64,000 bases of DNA from a virus (IMGVR_UViG_3300025816_000008:25976-89975); one strand, 5' to 3'; shown: positions 9,709-21,440, counted from the stretch's first letter. The notes: a model not told the origin generated them from the letters alone. Numbers and translations are program-made.

Positions 9709-12700
9709 TTGGTTAATTATATTAAAAATTTAATAAGTGATTTATCGCTTCCATCAGATCCGGCTGATATCGATACAGTAGCGTTTGTTAAAGAAGATGG
9801 ATCTATTAGAACTAAATTAAATTTAAACATACTTCCTAGTAGGAGTATGTTCTTTTCTGGTCATGATTTGGCCAATCCAATTGGTGCTCACTTAAGAATT
9901 GATAGTGCATTTAAAGTTCCAATTACTGGTTACGATCAAATTACTGATAATTTTAGTATAGATTTTTGGCAATTTACTACTTTAGATACACAAGATCACG
10001 CAGCAGTTATTTTTGATATTGTAGAAAATGATTCAAGTCTTGGTGAGCCAATAAATTTAATTCCAGATAGAAGTCATTCAATTGAAATAGCGGGTGGTGA
10101 AGTACAAATTGATAGAGGAGTTAATCCTTACAGCGATTCTTGGGGAGGAAGCTCATATTTATTTGGAAAAAGTTTACACGCCACCACATCACATCCTTCA
10201 GGTATATATACAACCCCTTCAATTTCTCCTATAACAGATGTTGTTCATGAAAGAGCATCTCCGGATGGAAAAGACTCTGGGATGTATGCCATATTTTCAT
10301 CTGATGCACTAAGTTCATCTAAATCAACTCACACTACAATGGGTGCTTGGTATAGAAAAAATGATAATTCAATATCAAATACAACAGTTGGCGATAATAA
10401 ACATACTTATAATACTTCTAATTTTTCTTATCAAAGTCTAGACGACGGCTTAGATAATATTGCAATGGTACATACAAATGGTATTCGTATTAGAGGTTTA
10501 GACTGGTCTTATCACGATAGCGCACCATATGAATATAGAATTGGAAATAATTTAAAATGGGAGCAAATTACTACTGATATAGATATGGCAGCTCCAAAAA
10601 TGGGTTATCTTTCTGTTAGCGATCCTGTTAAAACATATGATTATCTCAGTGGCGGGTATTTGGTTCCTGACAGTGATAGACTATATGCCACAAATGATGT
10701 TATGAATAGTTCTTATCTTACCGGTAAACGCAATATTATTACTAACAATTTTGATGTTTATAACGATGCAACTTTTGCTGGGTATTTTTGGATCGACAGT
10801 TCACCTATTAATGATAAACTTTTATTTAAAGCTGGAGGTGATACTGAGGCTTTAGAGCTAAAAGTAATCAATTCTGGTGGCGCATCTAAATTAAATCTTT
10901 CTGCTGGAAACGGGGCTTTAGCATGTGAGTTACCTTTACCAACTACTTCAGGTAATAATAATATTGAAATAGATTCTGATTACACTGGATATCCAGTTCC
11001 GGCCGGAACTTCTAAAAGAAAAAGAGGAAATAGATGGCATGAAGTAAGATTTTCTGTTAAGTTATTCCCAGCAGAAGTAACTTTAATGACTAAAAAAATT
11101 GGTAATTTGCCAAGTCAACTAGGCTCAAAAAAATATTATCCGAATGGCGGAGACGATATAAGAATATCTAGCCACCGACCTAATAGTTCTTCAGGATTAT
11201 TAAGATGGGCTAATAATAATGCTGGAATAAGTGAATTTAAAGTTTTAACAAATCAAGCAAATATGGGTGTTAAACATGAAGGAGATAAAAGAACATATAC
11301 ATCTGGAACTGATGCACTATTAGAGATACACACTGGTCTTCCAGGACGAGATCCCTTTAGAACAGATAATGTTGGTAATTTATTTTTAAGGCTATTTGAA
11401 AAAACCAATTTTGGATATTCTATTTTAAAAAGTGATGGCGGAGGCAACGATAAAATATTATTAAGTGATTGCGGAACAACATCTAGCCCAAATTCAACTG
11501 GTAGAATAATTTATTTTGAAATACATAATAAAAATAGTGCAGGTGATCAAGGAGTAACCGTAACTGGTATTTCAGATATAATGCGTTTTATACCGTTTAT
11601 TGCTTCTACTAATATGGTACATCAAGATACTCCATCTAATGCAGCCGATACTGTTAATGTAAGAAATCCGAATTCAGCTGGACACTTTGGGGCAGAAATA
11701 TTAGATAACACATCTGCTCCAAATTCATATTTATTTCCTTATACTAATACCGTTACTAAATCTCTAAAAGAATCGTTAAGTAGTTTTATAATTGATGAAC
11801 AAACTGGACAGTTACATACCTTTAAAGACGGGGCTTATGTAGGAAGTAAAGATTTTAATCTAAATCCAGGAACTGATACCGCTATGGAATTAGGATTTCA
11901 ATTTAGAAATACATGGTTTTCCTCACGTTATCATATAAATCCTATTGGTAGTCTTACAAGTGCGATTCAAAGTGTAATTGGCACTAGCTATCATCCAGAT
12001 CCTGCAGTAGTGTTTGATCCTCCAATATCATATAATAGTGGATATAAAAGTTCAAGTGGAAACCCTGCTCCAAACGGCTATAGAAATTTTTTTGCTGATG
12101 AAGGAGGAAGATATGAAGCAAAAGTTGCACTTTTAGCAAGGGATTGGGTTTATGATCCAGCTAAATTAATTAACGCGGCGAGAACAGCTACTGGTACTCC
12201 AGCTTTTGTTAATGATGGAATATTTAATTCTACTACCGGTAATACAAATCCCAATGATATTAATCCATTCATAGATCCTAGCGTAGCGCCAAATACAAAT
12301 GTAAGAGATTTTTATTTAAAAAATAGCATATGGGGAACTGGTAAATTTTCTTGGCCACTAGCTGATCACTTAATATACTATAAAGAAGCATATAATCCAG
12401 CTATTAGCACAGGAACAATTACCAATTTAACAGGTGAAACTGATGAATATAAAAATGCTCGAGCTAGTTGGGCCGGAAGAGTAGCAACACATAAAGGAAC
12501 TGATCATGGAATTAATAAAGCTAGGGCATATATTTTAAGAACTGGTGGAAGTATAGTAAATCATTCTACACCTGGAGATATAACTTCTGTTATATCAGGA
12601 TTAGCGGATGGTAATTGTTTATTATTAGAACCAGGTAATTATAGCATTACCGCGTCTCCAGGTGGAGCTTTTGGTATGACCACTAGTGTGGCCGACACAT

Positions 12701-14913
12701 CTCAACCTAGAGGTACAGAAAGTTTATCTACGCCGTTTGGTATAAAAAATATTATGATATGTGGTAATACTAATGATATTGCGGGCGTACATATTAATTA
12801 TGTAGCGAGTGGAAATAATTATGATGGAATTTCTCCTATATTTGGTCCAAATCAAGACGAAAATACAGAATTAGCATTTTTAACATTTAAGAAATTTATA
12901 CAGACAAAGAAAAATGAAGCCGTTGGTGAAACAGCATTATGTTATGCTTCAACTGGATCAAAAGCATATAAAGTACATTTTGATTTTTCTGGTGCTGATC
13001 TTTTCAGTTGGTCATGGGCTTTAATAAATAATAAGTTTAAACCAGGTACTCAAAATGTATTTGAAAAATGTGTGTTTTCAAACTATAAGAATGTAAAAGA
13101 TGAAGAAGATTATTATACTGGCAAACCATATACGAACGCTAAAGTTATAGATCCAATATTTTCTAAGGGAAGCGGCATTTCTAATCAGATTCTTGATGGT
13201 GTAGATCAGCCAAAATTTGACCATACCGAGCTAGAACCTTGGTGGAATACTAATGATTTTAGTTCAATTAATGATTCAAATTTTGTAACGTCGCCATTTA
13301 AAGGCCATATGAAAGATTTTCATTTATTTAATGATATTGCTGATAATAGAATTTCTAGTGGTAAAGCTGGTGGTTGGAATGTAGTGAATTCAGGAATTAA
13401 TTTTCATCAACAACTTGACTCATATGTAGTTTATTCATACATTAGATCTCCTAATAGCGGCTCAGAAATTGGACTTTCAGATGATAGTTATGCCTCTTTT
13501 CATATTAATAACTGGAATAATGATTTATCTGGTATCGCTTCAAAGGATTCTTCATTACAAATAATGGGTGGAATCCAAGCGAAAGGTGGAGGAGAATTTA
13601 AAGGTGGGCCATTACTTTCTTTTGACACATTAGGTCAGATAGTTGTAGCTAGAAACATAAACTATAATTATACTGTAGATCAGCGCGAATTGCTGACGAT
13701 TCATGCTCAAGATTCTACTTCAACGGCATATGGAGCAGGAGCAAAATGGTGTCATAATGCAATAGTAGTTGAGCAGGATAAAATAAGATTATGGAAAGAC
13801 GGTGTGCAATTTGACAGTGCTAATGGCCGAGCTCCATATGGACCATTTATGACTACACACGTTCCAATAAAAAATTCTAGATTATTTATTGGAGCCGGAA
13901 ATCAAGTTAAAGGCCGACCGTTTAATAGTGTACCTAAAATAGCCGGAAATGAACCTAATTTATTTAGAACATATCAAGGTAATATAAAAGATTTTAGAAT
14001 ACAAACCGGAATACAATTTACTGGTGATAGTTTCGATCTACCTATTACTGATCAAATCACAGCAGTAGGTAATACATTTGCTTTTAATACTACTGTAAAT
14101 ATACCGGGCATTATACCAAATTCGGGTGTAAGTATTTTTAATCCTACTAGTAATATAAAAAGAGATACTACTACAGGTGATATAGTAAGAGGGATGGACT
14201 GGAGTCCATTTGGTGATGGGGGTTCAACAATAGACTGGTTTAAGATTGGGGTTATTAATAAAAATAATATAGATTTTAATGCTGCTGGTGTAGTGTCTAA
14301 AACTGATAATCCATTAGATGGTTTTGGTTTAGATGTACCAGATGACTCATATGGTTATTTACATATTACAAGATCTGATAGCGATTATCCAAGCTGGGAA
14401 GAGCTAAAAGAATCTGGAGAAATTGGATATATACCAGGTTTACAATTAAAGCTCAGTATGTATAATAAAGATGATAATCAACAACGGATTGATTGGCAGA
14501 TACAAACCTCACAGCTTTTTGAACCAATAGTTGAAACTATTCGAGATAGCATAACTGATTATACTAATTTCTATTTTAATGATTATTTTAGCTCGACTGA
14601 TTCATTTGCCTCTAGACCTATAGACGCATTTTCAGCTATTACTGGAAAGAATAAAAGTACAGGTGAAATGCCAGTATTATATGTAGATACTTTCGGCACA
14701 AAAATGGCAGGCGAAGAAGTAATAATCAATACCGCATATAATAGAAATGAGTTTAAAATAGTAAGCACTCCAAGCCAATATACATTAAAACTTATGTCTA
14801 TGGATCAAATATCTCAAGGAGGATTTGTTGCAGAAGGAATTAGTGGTTTTGACGCTTATGAAGAAGGCGGCGCATTCTTTGGTATTGCAGATAGTTTTGG
14901 AGATCTATTATGA
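9709..14913 (+). CDS. Large virion protein with probable LamG/concanavalin-like domains (TTG start)
   Basis: 1734 aa, under a late promoter. FSIDFW, WCHNAIV...IRLWKDG and YQGNIKDFRI are LamG-like motifs. Confidence 0.6.
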   Translation: MVNYIKNLISDLSLPSDPADIDTVAFVKEDGSIRTKLNLNILPSRSMFFSGHDLANPIGAHLRIDSAFKVPITGYDQITDNFSIDFWQFTTLDTQDHAAVIFDIVENDSSLGEPINLIPDRSHSIEIAGGEVQIDRGVNPYSDSWGGSSYLFGKSLHATTSHPSGIYTTPSISPITDVVHERASPDGKDSGMYAIFSSDALSSSKSTHTTMGAWYRKNDNSISNTTVGDNKHTYNTSNFSYQSLDDGLDNIAMVHTNGIRIRGLDWSYHDSAPYEYRIGNNLKWEQITTDIDMAAPKMGYLSVSDPVKTYDYLSGGYLVPDSDRLYATNDVMNSSYLTGKRNIITNNFDVYNDATFAGYFWIDSSPINDKLLFKAGGDTEALELKVINSGGASKLNLSAGNGALACELPLPTTSGNNNIEIDSDYTGYPVPAGTSKRKRGNRWHEVRFSVKLFPAEVTLMTKKIGNLPSQLGSKKYYPNGGDDIRISSHRPNSSSGLLRWANNNAGISEFKVLTNQANMGVKHEGDKRTYTSGTDALLEIHTGLPGRDPFRTDNVGNLFLRLFEKTNFGYSILKSDGGGNDKILLSDCGTTSSPNSTGRIIYFEIHNKNSAGDQGVTVTGISDIMRFIPFIASTNMVHQDTPSNAADTVNVRNPNSAGHFGAEILDNTSAPNSYLFPYTNTVTKSLKESLSSFIIDEQTGQLHTFKDGAYVGSKDFNLNPGTDTAMELGFQFRNTWFSSRYHINPIGSLTSAIQSVIGTSYHPDPAVVFDPPISYNSGYKSSSGNPAPNGYRNFFADEGGRYEAKVALLARDWVYDPAKLINAARTATGTPAFVNDGIFNSTTGNTNPNDINPFIDPSVAPNTNVRDFYLKNSIWGTGKFSWPLADHLIYYKEAYNPAISTGTITNLTGETDEYKNARASWAGRVATHKGTDHGINKARAYILRTGGSIVNHSTPGDITSVISGLADGNCLLLEPGNYSITASPGGAFGMTTSVADTSQPRGTESLSTPFGIKNIMICGNTNDIAGVHINYVASGNNYDGISPIFGPNQDENTELAFLTFKKFIQTKKNEAVGETALCYASTGSKAYKVHFDFSGADLFSWSWALINNKFKPGTQNVFEKCVFSNYKNVKDEEDYYTGKPYTNAKVIDPIFSKGSGISNQILDGVDQPKFDHTELEPWWNTNDFSSINDSNFVTSPFKGHMKDFHLFNDIADNRISSGKAGGWNVVNSGINFHQQLDSYVVYSYIRSPNSGSEIGLSDDSYASFHINNWNNDLSGIASKDSSLQIMGGIQAKGGGEFKGGPLLSFDTLGQIVVARNINYNYTVDQRELLTIHAQDSTSTAYGAGAKWCHNAIVVEQDKIRLWKDGVQFDSANGRAPYGPFMTTHVPIKNSRLFIGAGNQVKGRPFNSVPKIAGNEPNLFRTYQGNIKDFRIQTGIQFTGDSFDLPITDQITAVGNTFAFNTTVNIPGIIPNSGVSIFNPTSNIKRDTTTGDIVRGMDWSPFGDGGSTIDWFKIGVINKNNIDFNAAGVVSKTDNPLDGFGLDVPDDSYGYLHITRSDSDYPSWEELKESGEIGYIPGLQLKLSMYNKDDNQQRIDWQIQTSQLFEPIVETIRDSITDYTNFYFNDYFSSTDSFASRPIDAFSAITGKNKSTGEMPVLYVDTFGTKMAGEEVIINTAYNRNEFKIVSTPSQYTLKLMSMDQISQGGFVAEGISGFDAYEEGGAFFGIADSFGDLL

Positions 14914-17492
14914 GTATCATTGATATAGCAAAAGTAAAAGAAAATGGTGGAATAGTTTTTTCTAAAAAAGAAAAACAAATTTATCAATATAACGAATTAT
15001 CTAATAGCTGGGTTTCAGTGGGGATAATTAATCCACAGCATATAAGTAGTAGTGTAGGACCTAATGGTTTAAATTTTGGTTACGATTCAAATTTTGATGC
15101 TTTAAAAAGATCAATGTCATCTGGAATAAATTTGATTGGTGTTGATAGCGACGGAAATACTATTACTTGGACGCCTACTATTATAGATGATCCAGCTAAT
15201 GTTATAGTAGATATTAGTGGAACTTCTCCAAGTTTTGATTTGGTGCCGAAAAAAAATCTTGGTGATACTTCATTATCGAATCAAATTGTATTTAATGGTG
15301 TAATTAATGTGTCTGGAGTAGATTCAGCTCCTAGATTTAAAGAAATTAATTTTTTACCACTTTTTGATAGTGCATTTACCGCAGATTCATTAGGATTAAG
15401 AAGTAATTTTATAGATAAACTTGAAATACAATATTTTTATAATTGGGAACAAACAAGCATTTCTGGTTTTAATCATGATAAAGCCATAGAGCTTTCTACA
15501 TTTACAGTTCCAGATGTACAATTTTTAGAAATTAAAGATGCGCCAAGAACTACTGATCAATATGTTGATATGCAAATTGCAACAGGAAGTTCTGCTGGGT
15601 CAATTATCTTTTTATTGGATGATAATCAAAATAGGCTATTATCTTATCCAATGACTAATCCATATTCTTTAAGAGAAATTGATTATACACAAGAAAAAAC
15701 ATTAAATTTAAAGAATGATAGCTGGAATGCTGAAAATCCATCGGCATTTAAATTTAATAATACTGGTTATAGATTATTTATTTTAGACAAAACATTAAAT
15801 CAAATAGCAGAATATTGGTTACTTACACCATGGGATATACACACTGCTATTAGAAAAGACAATTTTAAAACTAATACCACTGAGTTAAAAAATATTGAAG
15901 ATACTTACGTAAGTCCTGATGGAAAGTATTATTATACATTAGAAACACCAGTCATATCTCTTGAGCCTGATGGAACGATTAATAGCTTCGAAGGTAGTAG
16001 AGGTATGCCTAAATCTGTTAATGCTGGTACAATCAAAAGATATACTTTATACGATTCTGGTCAAATACATACGCTATCAGTTGACTCAAATGCTATAACA
16101 AAATCTTTTGAAACAGGATTTTACACACATACGTTTGCCGAAGATGAAGTGATGTTGAGTTCTGCTGGGATAGCTAGCAAAGCTCAAGCCGGCGCACGTA
16201 TAAGAAGTATCTTTAATTATTCCGGACGTACCTACATAGCTACATTTGAACATTATGGTTTGCCTCAATCTATGTGTTTTAATTATGATGGAACTAAAAT
16301 GTATACCGGTGAAGCTATAGCAGCAATGGATGGAAAATTTAGACAATATACTCTAACATCACCGTGGGATGTTAGTACTGCAGTTGCATTTGATTCTGCA
16401 ACACATGAAATAGGCACTAAAATGAACAGTCTATCTATAGAAGATCCAAGTCCTGATTTTGGATTAGATATATCACAGCCAGATGGATTTGCAACTAGAA
16501 GACCTCACGGACCAGAGTCTATAAGATTTAATCCAGATGGAAATAAATTTTATGTATTAAATAAAAAACTAAATCAAATTTATCAATATAATTTAAACAT
16601 AACAACTGATTCTGATTTATTTAATATATCACAATTAACTCAGCCTATTACATCTTTAAGTAAAGAAATTAGTGATGGAGGATGGGATTTAAAAATAGAA
16701 TTAAATTCTTTAGGTTCTTCTACATCTAAAATTGGACAAGATCTTGGAACATTTAATACTATTAATATTATAGACTCAAATAAAATGATAGTATCCGGAG
16801 ATAAGTATTTACATACAGTTCAATTGAATCAATTTAATTTAGTATCCAGTCTCATACAATCTGATTCTAACGTAAGTATGGATTCTTCAAATTCTATTTT
16901 TGGGGTTAATATTGTTGGCGACAAAATATTAGTTCATGACGATAGTGGAACAATTAATCAGTGGAAGATGACGACAGTAAATGATCCATCAACTGCTGTA
17001 AGAGAACATACAAATAAAATTAAAACATTAAATGTAGGAACTGGTGGGTATATTATTGGAGCAAGTGGTTTAGCAATCGATAGCGATCGTTCTAAATTTT
17101 ACATCGGCGCAAATTTTGGATTTGAAATACACAAGTATAGCTTCAATGCTAATGCTGGTGTTTCTAGCATGTCTCTTGATAGTATGTGGGAAGAAGACTC
17201 TTTAGGTATTGTTGGTATATCAGCCCTAAATTTAAGAAATAACACTTTAAATTTTTCTAGTGAAAATAAAATACGTGAAATAGATATTAATCATAATATA
17301 CTTAATAGTAGTGTGTTAGATTCTGCTATTTTAACTCTTGCCTCTCCATCTCAAGCAGCAGCATTTGGTGTTGATTGGAACGGTAATGGTTCTGAATTAA
17401 TTACTACTGGAAGATCCGATTTATCTTCTACTGCAACAAGTTCAGTTCAAAGCTTTGGTGTTAAAAATAATTATAGTATTAAAAGTGTATAA
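14910..17492 (+). CDS. Virion protein, beta-propeller repeats
   Basis: Repeated FNxDGxK(M/F)Y and YxLxxPWD(I/V)xTA blades; coupled to the upstream gene by an ATGA overlap. Confidence 0.6.
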   Translation: MSIIDIAKVKENGGIVFSKKEKQIYQYNELSNSWVSVGIINPQHISSSVGPNGLNFGYDSNFDALKRSMSSGINLIGVDSDGNTITWTPTIIDDPANVIVDISGTSPSFDLVPKKNLGDTSLSNQIVFNGVINVSGVDSAPRFKEINFLPLFDSAFTADSLGLRSNFIDKLEIQYFYNWEQTSISGFNHDKAIELSTFTVPDVQFLEIKDAPRTTDQYVDMQIATGSSAGSIIFLLDDNQNRLLSYPMTNPYSLREIDYTQEKTLNLKNDSWNAENPSAFKFNNTGYRLFILDKTLNQIAEYWLLTPWDIHTAIRKDNFKTNTTELKNIEDTYVSPDGKYYYTLETPVISLEPDGTINSFEGSRGMPKSVNAGTIKRYTLYDSGQIHTLSVDSNAITKSFETGFYTHTFAEDEVMLSSAGIASKAQAGARIRSIFNYSGRTYIATFEHYGLPQSMCFNYDGTKMYTGEAIAAMDGKFRQYTLTSPWDVSTAVAFDSATHEIGTKMNSLSIEDPSPDFGLDISQPDGFATRRPHGPESIRFNPDGNKFYVLNKKLNQIYQYNLNITTDSDLFNISQLTQPITSLSKEISDGGWDLKIELNSLGSSTSKIGQDLGTFNTINIIDSNKMIVSGDKYLHTVQLNQFNLVSSLIQSDSNVSMDSSNSIFGVNIVGDKILVHDDSGTINQWKMTTVNDPSTAVREHTNKIKTLNVGTGGYIIGASGLAIDSDRSKFYIGANFGFEIHKYSFNANAGVSSMSLDSMWEEDSLGIVGISALNLRNNTLNFSSENKIREIDINHNILNSSVLDSAILTLASPSQAAAFGVDWNGNGSELITTGRSDLSSTATSSVQSFGVKNNYSIKSV

Positions 17493-17495
17493 ATA
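17488..17495 (+). promoter_or_regulatory. Late promoter TATAAATA
   Basis: Exact consensus overlapping the stop codon of the previous gene. Confidence 0.75.
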
Positions 17496-17525
17496 GAGTT
17501 AACTAAGTAAAATAGGATTTAAAGT

Positions 17526-18107
17526 ATGTCAACTAGAGGTAGGTTATTAGCTAATTTAACACTGCATGGATCATTAATTCCAGATGCAGATTCTGCATAT
17601 GATTTAGGATCGCCTTCAAAAAAATTTAGATCTCTTTACTTAAGTCCTAATACTTTACACTTAGGTGATGCAAGTTTAAGTTCGGATGGTACTGGTATCA
17701 TTATTCCTGCTGGGTCAAAAGTTGGCGATGATTCTGTTATTGTTGGCAACGACTTAACAAATAAAGTTAAAGGAGATACTCCATATAATATCACTTTGAA
17801 TCAATCAGGAGACTTAAAACTTTTAACCGGAACCCAAAGATGGTATTCGCCATTTAACGCACAAATCAGTGGTATTACATCTAGATTAGGTACAGCACCT
17901 ACAGGTTCATCTGTAGGAATCAGAGTTAATATAAATGATTCAGCTGAAACAACTTGGACTTTTGCAGCTGGATCGGCAACTGCGTCAATTGCTGATCAAA
18001 CAATAAATTTAAGTACTGGTGATTATCTTACAGTCGATATTACAAGTATTGGTAGTGGAACCGCCGGGGCGGATTTATATACACAATTTGTCTATAAACA
18101 AACATAA
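17526..18107 (+). CDS. Small virion/fibre-associated protein
   Basis: YDLGSPSKKFRSLYLSPNTLHLG matches the fibre motif FDLGSSTAAWRDLYLSGSTIHLG in the giant gene. Confidence 0.6.
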   Translation: MSTRGRLLANLTLHGSLIPDADSAYDLGSPSKKFRSLYLSPNTLHLGDASLSSDGTGIIIPAGSKVGDDSVIVGNDLTNKVKGDTPYNITLNQSGDLKLLTGTQRWYSPFNAQISGITSRLGTAPTGSSVGIRVNINDSAETTWTFAAGSATASIADQTINLSTGDYLTVDITSIGSGTAGADLYTQFVYKQT

Positions 18108-18112
18108 ACATT

Positions 18113-18120
18113 TATAAATA
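18113..18120 (+). promoter_or_regulatory. Late promoter TATAAATA
   Basis: Exact consensus, intergenic. Confidence 0.75.
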
Positions 18121-18137
18121 GAATAAACGGAGTTAAA

Positions 18138-18365
18138 ATGCAATTTACAAAAACATATGAAGATTTTGATGATAGTGACAATGCAATAACAATAACTCGC
18201 ACATTTGATGCGGTTCTTAATGGAACAACATTGGAAATTTCAGAAACTGTGGATGGTACAAAAAAACCTTGTCTAACTCAACCTTGGAAAACAAATCCAG
18301 ATGGAAGTAGAAGTGATTGGGTTGATATAAATGAAGCAATTGAATGGTATAAACTTCAAGCATAA
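18138..18365 (+). CDS. Hypothetical late protein
   Basis: ORF with SD (GGAG) after a late promoter. Confidence 0.6.
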   Translation: MQFTKTYEDFDDSDNAITITRTFDAVLNGTTLEISETVDGTKKPCLTQPWKTNPDGSRSDWVDINEAIEWYKLQA

Positions 18366-18379
18366 AGTAGGATAAAGAT

Positions 18380-20242
18380 ATGGCACTAATTAAAAAGGGA
18401 TACCAAGCACATAAATTTGCTGTAGTGGAGAGTCCACATGCAGGAAGTACTATGATCTATCTGTATCAACAACCCCATGATAAAAACACGCTTGCTCCTA
18501 TAATGGCTGAAGAAGCAGTATTACAACAGACCCACAGTTATCCACAAATGGCGTTTGGTGTAACAGGTTGGCATGTGGATGCTTATGGCCTTAGTGGTTT
18601 AAATGTAGTAAATAATAATGAATCTTCAATAAGTACTTCTACTTTCAGGGCTGGTGGAGGTTTTACAATATTCCTTCCAAAAATGACAGCAGGAACTAAT
18701 TATGGCGCAGTCGTAGGTGGGCATAATGACTCTTATTGGTCAAATGTGGACCCTTGCCCATTTATGAGTATGGATGAAACTGTTGAAAATGCTAGAATGC
18801 GTAGAATAGTTGATGGTAGTGATGAATTAGTGGTAATGTTAGGAAATGAGGGCTGGAATTCAAACTATCATTGTAATGTTAGTTGGTATAATAAAGGTTC
18901 TAATTACAATTTAAATGATTCACCACCTTCAAATGATTATTACTTTGTCAATCACAGCAGTAGTTATATTCCGATTCCTTATATGTCAACTGTAAAAGTC
19001 GGAAATTATGTTTCTGGAATATACGGTTATTATCGCTACTCTTATGCATATCAATATGTCCAGATTGGAAGAACCTTGTTTTCTGATCATCATTACGCTA
19101 ATCAAGAAATGATTACAGCATCACGTAGGAATTATTATACTTTACAATATATAGGTAATGCAAGTGATGGAAATCCGCTATACTTATATAATTTAAGCAC
19201 AGATGATCATCAACAATATATTACAAAACATAATGTTGCTTCAAATACTATAACTGACTTGCATACTTTTACTGCTGCACCTGGTGCAACAGGAACAAGT
19301 GCGGGTGGAACAAGAGCAACAACTGCATTTGAGACAATTTCAAAAATGGCAAGTCATGTATTTGATGATCCAGCAAGTTCGGGAAATAAAGCATTTTATG
19401 TACCATATTTTGATACTAGTATGAATTATCATCCTTTTTGTTTTAAATGGAATACTTCATCTGATACTTTTACCAGAGATCAATGTTCAACTATTACTGG
19501 AACTTTAAGTAGTGGAATGTTAAATAATATGGATGGCACTGCGGCTTATAGAGCCAGGCTTAAAGGAATTGCAATAAATGAAACCTTTGTTAATAGCGGA
19601 AATAGGTATTTAACGGTATTTCCTTTACAAGGCCAAAAAGACGTAACTACTAGTGATGCGACTAAAAGAACATTTGTAACTTATGCTGTAAGTGGTTCCG
19701 ACGCTACAGCATTAACATATCATAGTAACGTAATATCATCTACTCAAATATACCAAATTATATGGTTAAATGATACTAGAACTAAATTAGGAACTTTTAG
19801 TGAAAATGCATTTAAAATTTATGCTTGGGATAATACTAATGGATGGGTGCTAACTGCTACAGTTAATGAATCATTTAATGCGGTGGGAAGAGATTCAACA
19901 GATAGAATTTGGGCTGTTGGTGCAGATCAAGATGATGTTCCAGTTAATATTCATTTACTATCTAATGCAACTCCAGTGAGAGTGACAGTAACACCTGCTT
20001 CTAGTAGTTATAACTATTCTGGTTCAGATATAAATTCTACTGTTGGAATTAGTGCATATGATATGGATGGTGCTAGAATGGCAGTAAGTGTTAATCTAAC
20101 TATTCAAGGAAGTACAATGACTTTCAGTGGCGGTGGGGCAACAGCAACGGTAACTACTAGCACATCAGCTGATGTGAACCAAGCAATTGTTATAACTGGA
20201 TCTGGTACAAGTGATATATTAACAAACGTGCAACTGTCATAG
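18380..20242 (+). CDS. Virion structural protein (Tyr/Ser/Thr-rich, possible propeller + Ig-like C-terminus)
   Basis: 620 aa in the late structural cluster; composition typical of adhesins. Confidence 0.55.
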   Translation: MALIKKGYQAHKFAVVESPHAGSTMIYLYQQPHDKNTLAPIMAEEAVLQQTHSYPQMAFGVTGWHVDAYGLSGLNVVNNNESSISTSTFRAGGGFTIFLPKMTAGTNYGAVVGGHNDSYWSNVDPCPFMSMDETVENARMRRIVDGSDELVVMLGNEGWNSNYHCNVSWYNKGSNYNLNDSPPSNDYYFVNHSSSYIPIPYMSTVKVGNYVSGIYGYYRYSYAYQYVQIGRTLFSDHHYANQEMITASRRNYYTLQYIGNASDGNPLYLYNLSTDDHQQYITKHNVASNTITDLHTFTAAPGATGTSAGGTRATTAFETISKMASHVFDDPASSGNKAFYVPYFDTSMNYHPFCFKWNTSSDTFTRDQCSTITGTLSSGMLNNMDGTAAYRARLKGIAINETFVNSGNRYLTVFPLQGQKDVTTSDATKRTFVTYAVSGSDATALTYHSNVISSTQIYQIIWLNDTRTKLGTFSENAFKIYAWDNTNGWVLTATVNESFNAVGRDSTDRIWAVGADQDDVPVNIHLLSNATPVRVTVTPASSSYNYSGSDINSTVGISAYDMDGARMAVSVNLTIQGSTMTFSGGGATATVTTSTSADVNQAIVITGSGTSDILTNVQLS

Positions 20243-20251
20243 GTAATTGTA

Positions 20252-20611
20252 ATGTCATCTATTGTTAATCAACTCACTAGAATAAGCGTAAGTCAAAAAC
20301 CAGATATTAAAGCATTTAGTGATAGGTTTAATATTAAAGTTAATGATACAAATTCTAGTTGGGCATATTCTGCGAATAATACGATATTACAAATAAACGG
20401 TGATAGTCATACAATTAATAGTGCTGGTGGTAGTAATGTAAATAATGTTAGTCTTAATACAACATTTGTTTCTCGCGATTCTGATTTTTTCTCAGACTCT
20501 GCTGGAAAATATACTCCTGATTTAATAGGACATAATATAATTAAAGTGAGTTCTATATTTCCATCATCAGTAATTTCTGAAGGTGGTGGCCCGGATCAAA
20601 GTTGGTATTAA
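20252..20611 (+). CDS. Hypothetical virion-associated protein
   Basis: ORF tiles the late operon. Confidence 0.55.
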   Translation: MSSIVNQLTRISVSQKPDIKAFSDRFNIKVNDTNSSWAYSANNTILQINGDSHTINSAGGSNVNNVSLNTTFVSRDSDFFSDSAGKYTPDLIGHNIIKVSSIFPSSVISEGGGPDQSWY

Positions 20612-20634
20612 ATATTTTTTGTAGTTTAAAACTA

Positions 20635-20642
20635 TATAAATA
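20635..20642 (+). promoter_or_regulatory. Late promoter TATAAATA upstream of g13
   Basis: Exact consensus. Confidence 0.8.
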
Positions 20643-20672
20643 GTACAAAGACTATTTAAATAGGATGTCAAT

Positions 20673-21437
20673 ATGGCTATAGTAACCACACGAACTGAAT
20701 TAGAGGAATATTGTTTACGTAAATTAGGGGCTCCTGTAATTGATATTAATGTTGCTGATGAGCAAATTGATGATAGAATCGATGAAGCTCTTGAAGTATA
20801 TCAAGAATATCATTCTGATGCTACTGTTAAAACATACTTTAAACATTTAGTTACTGCAGCTGATGTTACAAATAAATATATTCCAGTTCCAGATAATATT
20901 ATTTTTGTAACTCATTTATTCCCATTAAGACCAGGAAGTTCTAGTTCAGCGGGTATGTTTGATATTAAATATCAAATGATGCTAAATGATATGATTAATA
21001 TGAATAATTTTTCAGGTGGGCTAAACTACTATACTCAGATGCAGCAATATTTAGAACTATTAAATATGGCATTATCTGGAACTCCTCAAGTTGCTTATCA
21101 ACGAAGACAGAATAGATTACATATTTTTGGTGATTTTGGAACAGGAGATATTATAGCTGGAAGTTATCTTGTAGCTGAAGCTTATGCTTTAGTCGATCCG
21201 TCAAGTACATCTGGAACAAAATCTATTTTTAATGATCTTTGGTTAAAGGCTTATGCAACTGCTCTTATTAAAAAGCAGTGGGGTTCTAACCTTATGAAGT
21301 TTGAAGGTATGACTCTTCCGGGTGGAGTGATGTTAAACGGGAGACAGATATATGATGATGCTACTGTTGAGATACAAGCATTAGATGAAAAACTTAGGCT
21401 AGAATATGAGTTACCGATTGACTTTTGTATAGGATAA
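20673..21437 (+). CDS. g13: Neck protein gp13
   Basis: YCLRKLGAPVIDINV and KKQWGSNLMKFEGMTLPGGVMLNG motifs; synteny. Confidence 0.95.
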   Translation: MAIVTTRTELEEYCLRKLGAPVIDINVADEQIDDRIDEALEVYQEYHSDATVKTYFKHLVTAADVTNKYIPVPDNIIFVTHLFPLRPGSSSSAGMFDIKYQMMLNDMINMNNFSGGLNYYTQMQQYLELLNMALSGTPQVAYQRRQNRLHIFGDFGTGDIIAGSYLVAEAYALVDPSSTSGTKSIFNDLWLKAYATALIKKQWGSNLMKFEGMTLPGGVMLNGRQIYDDATVEIQALDEKLRLEYELPIDFCIG

Positions 21438-21440
21438 TCC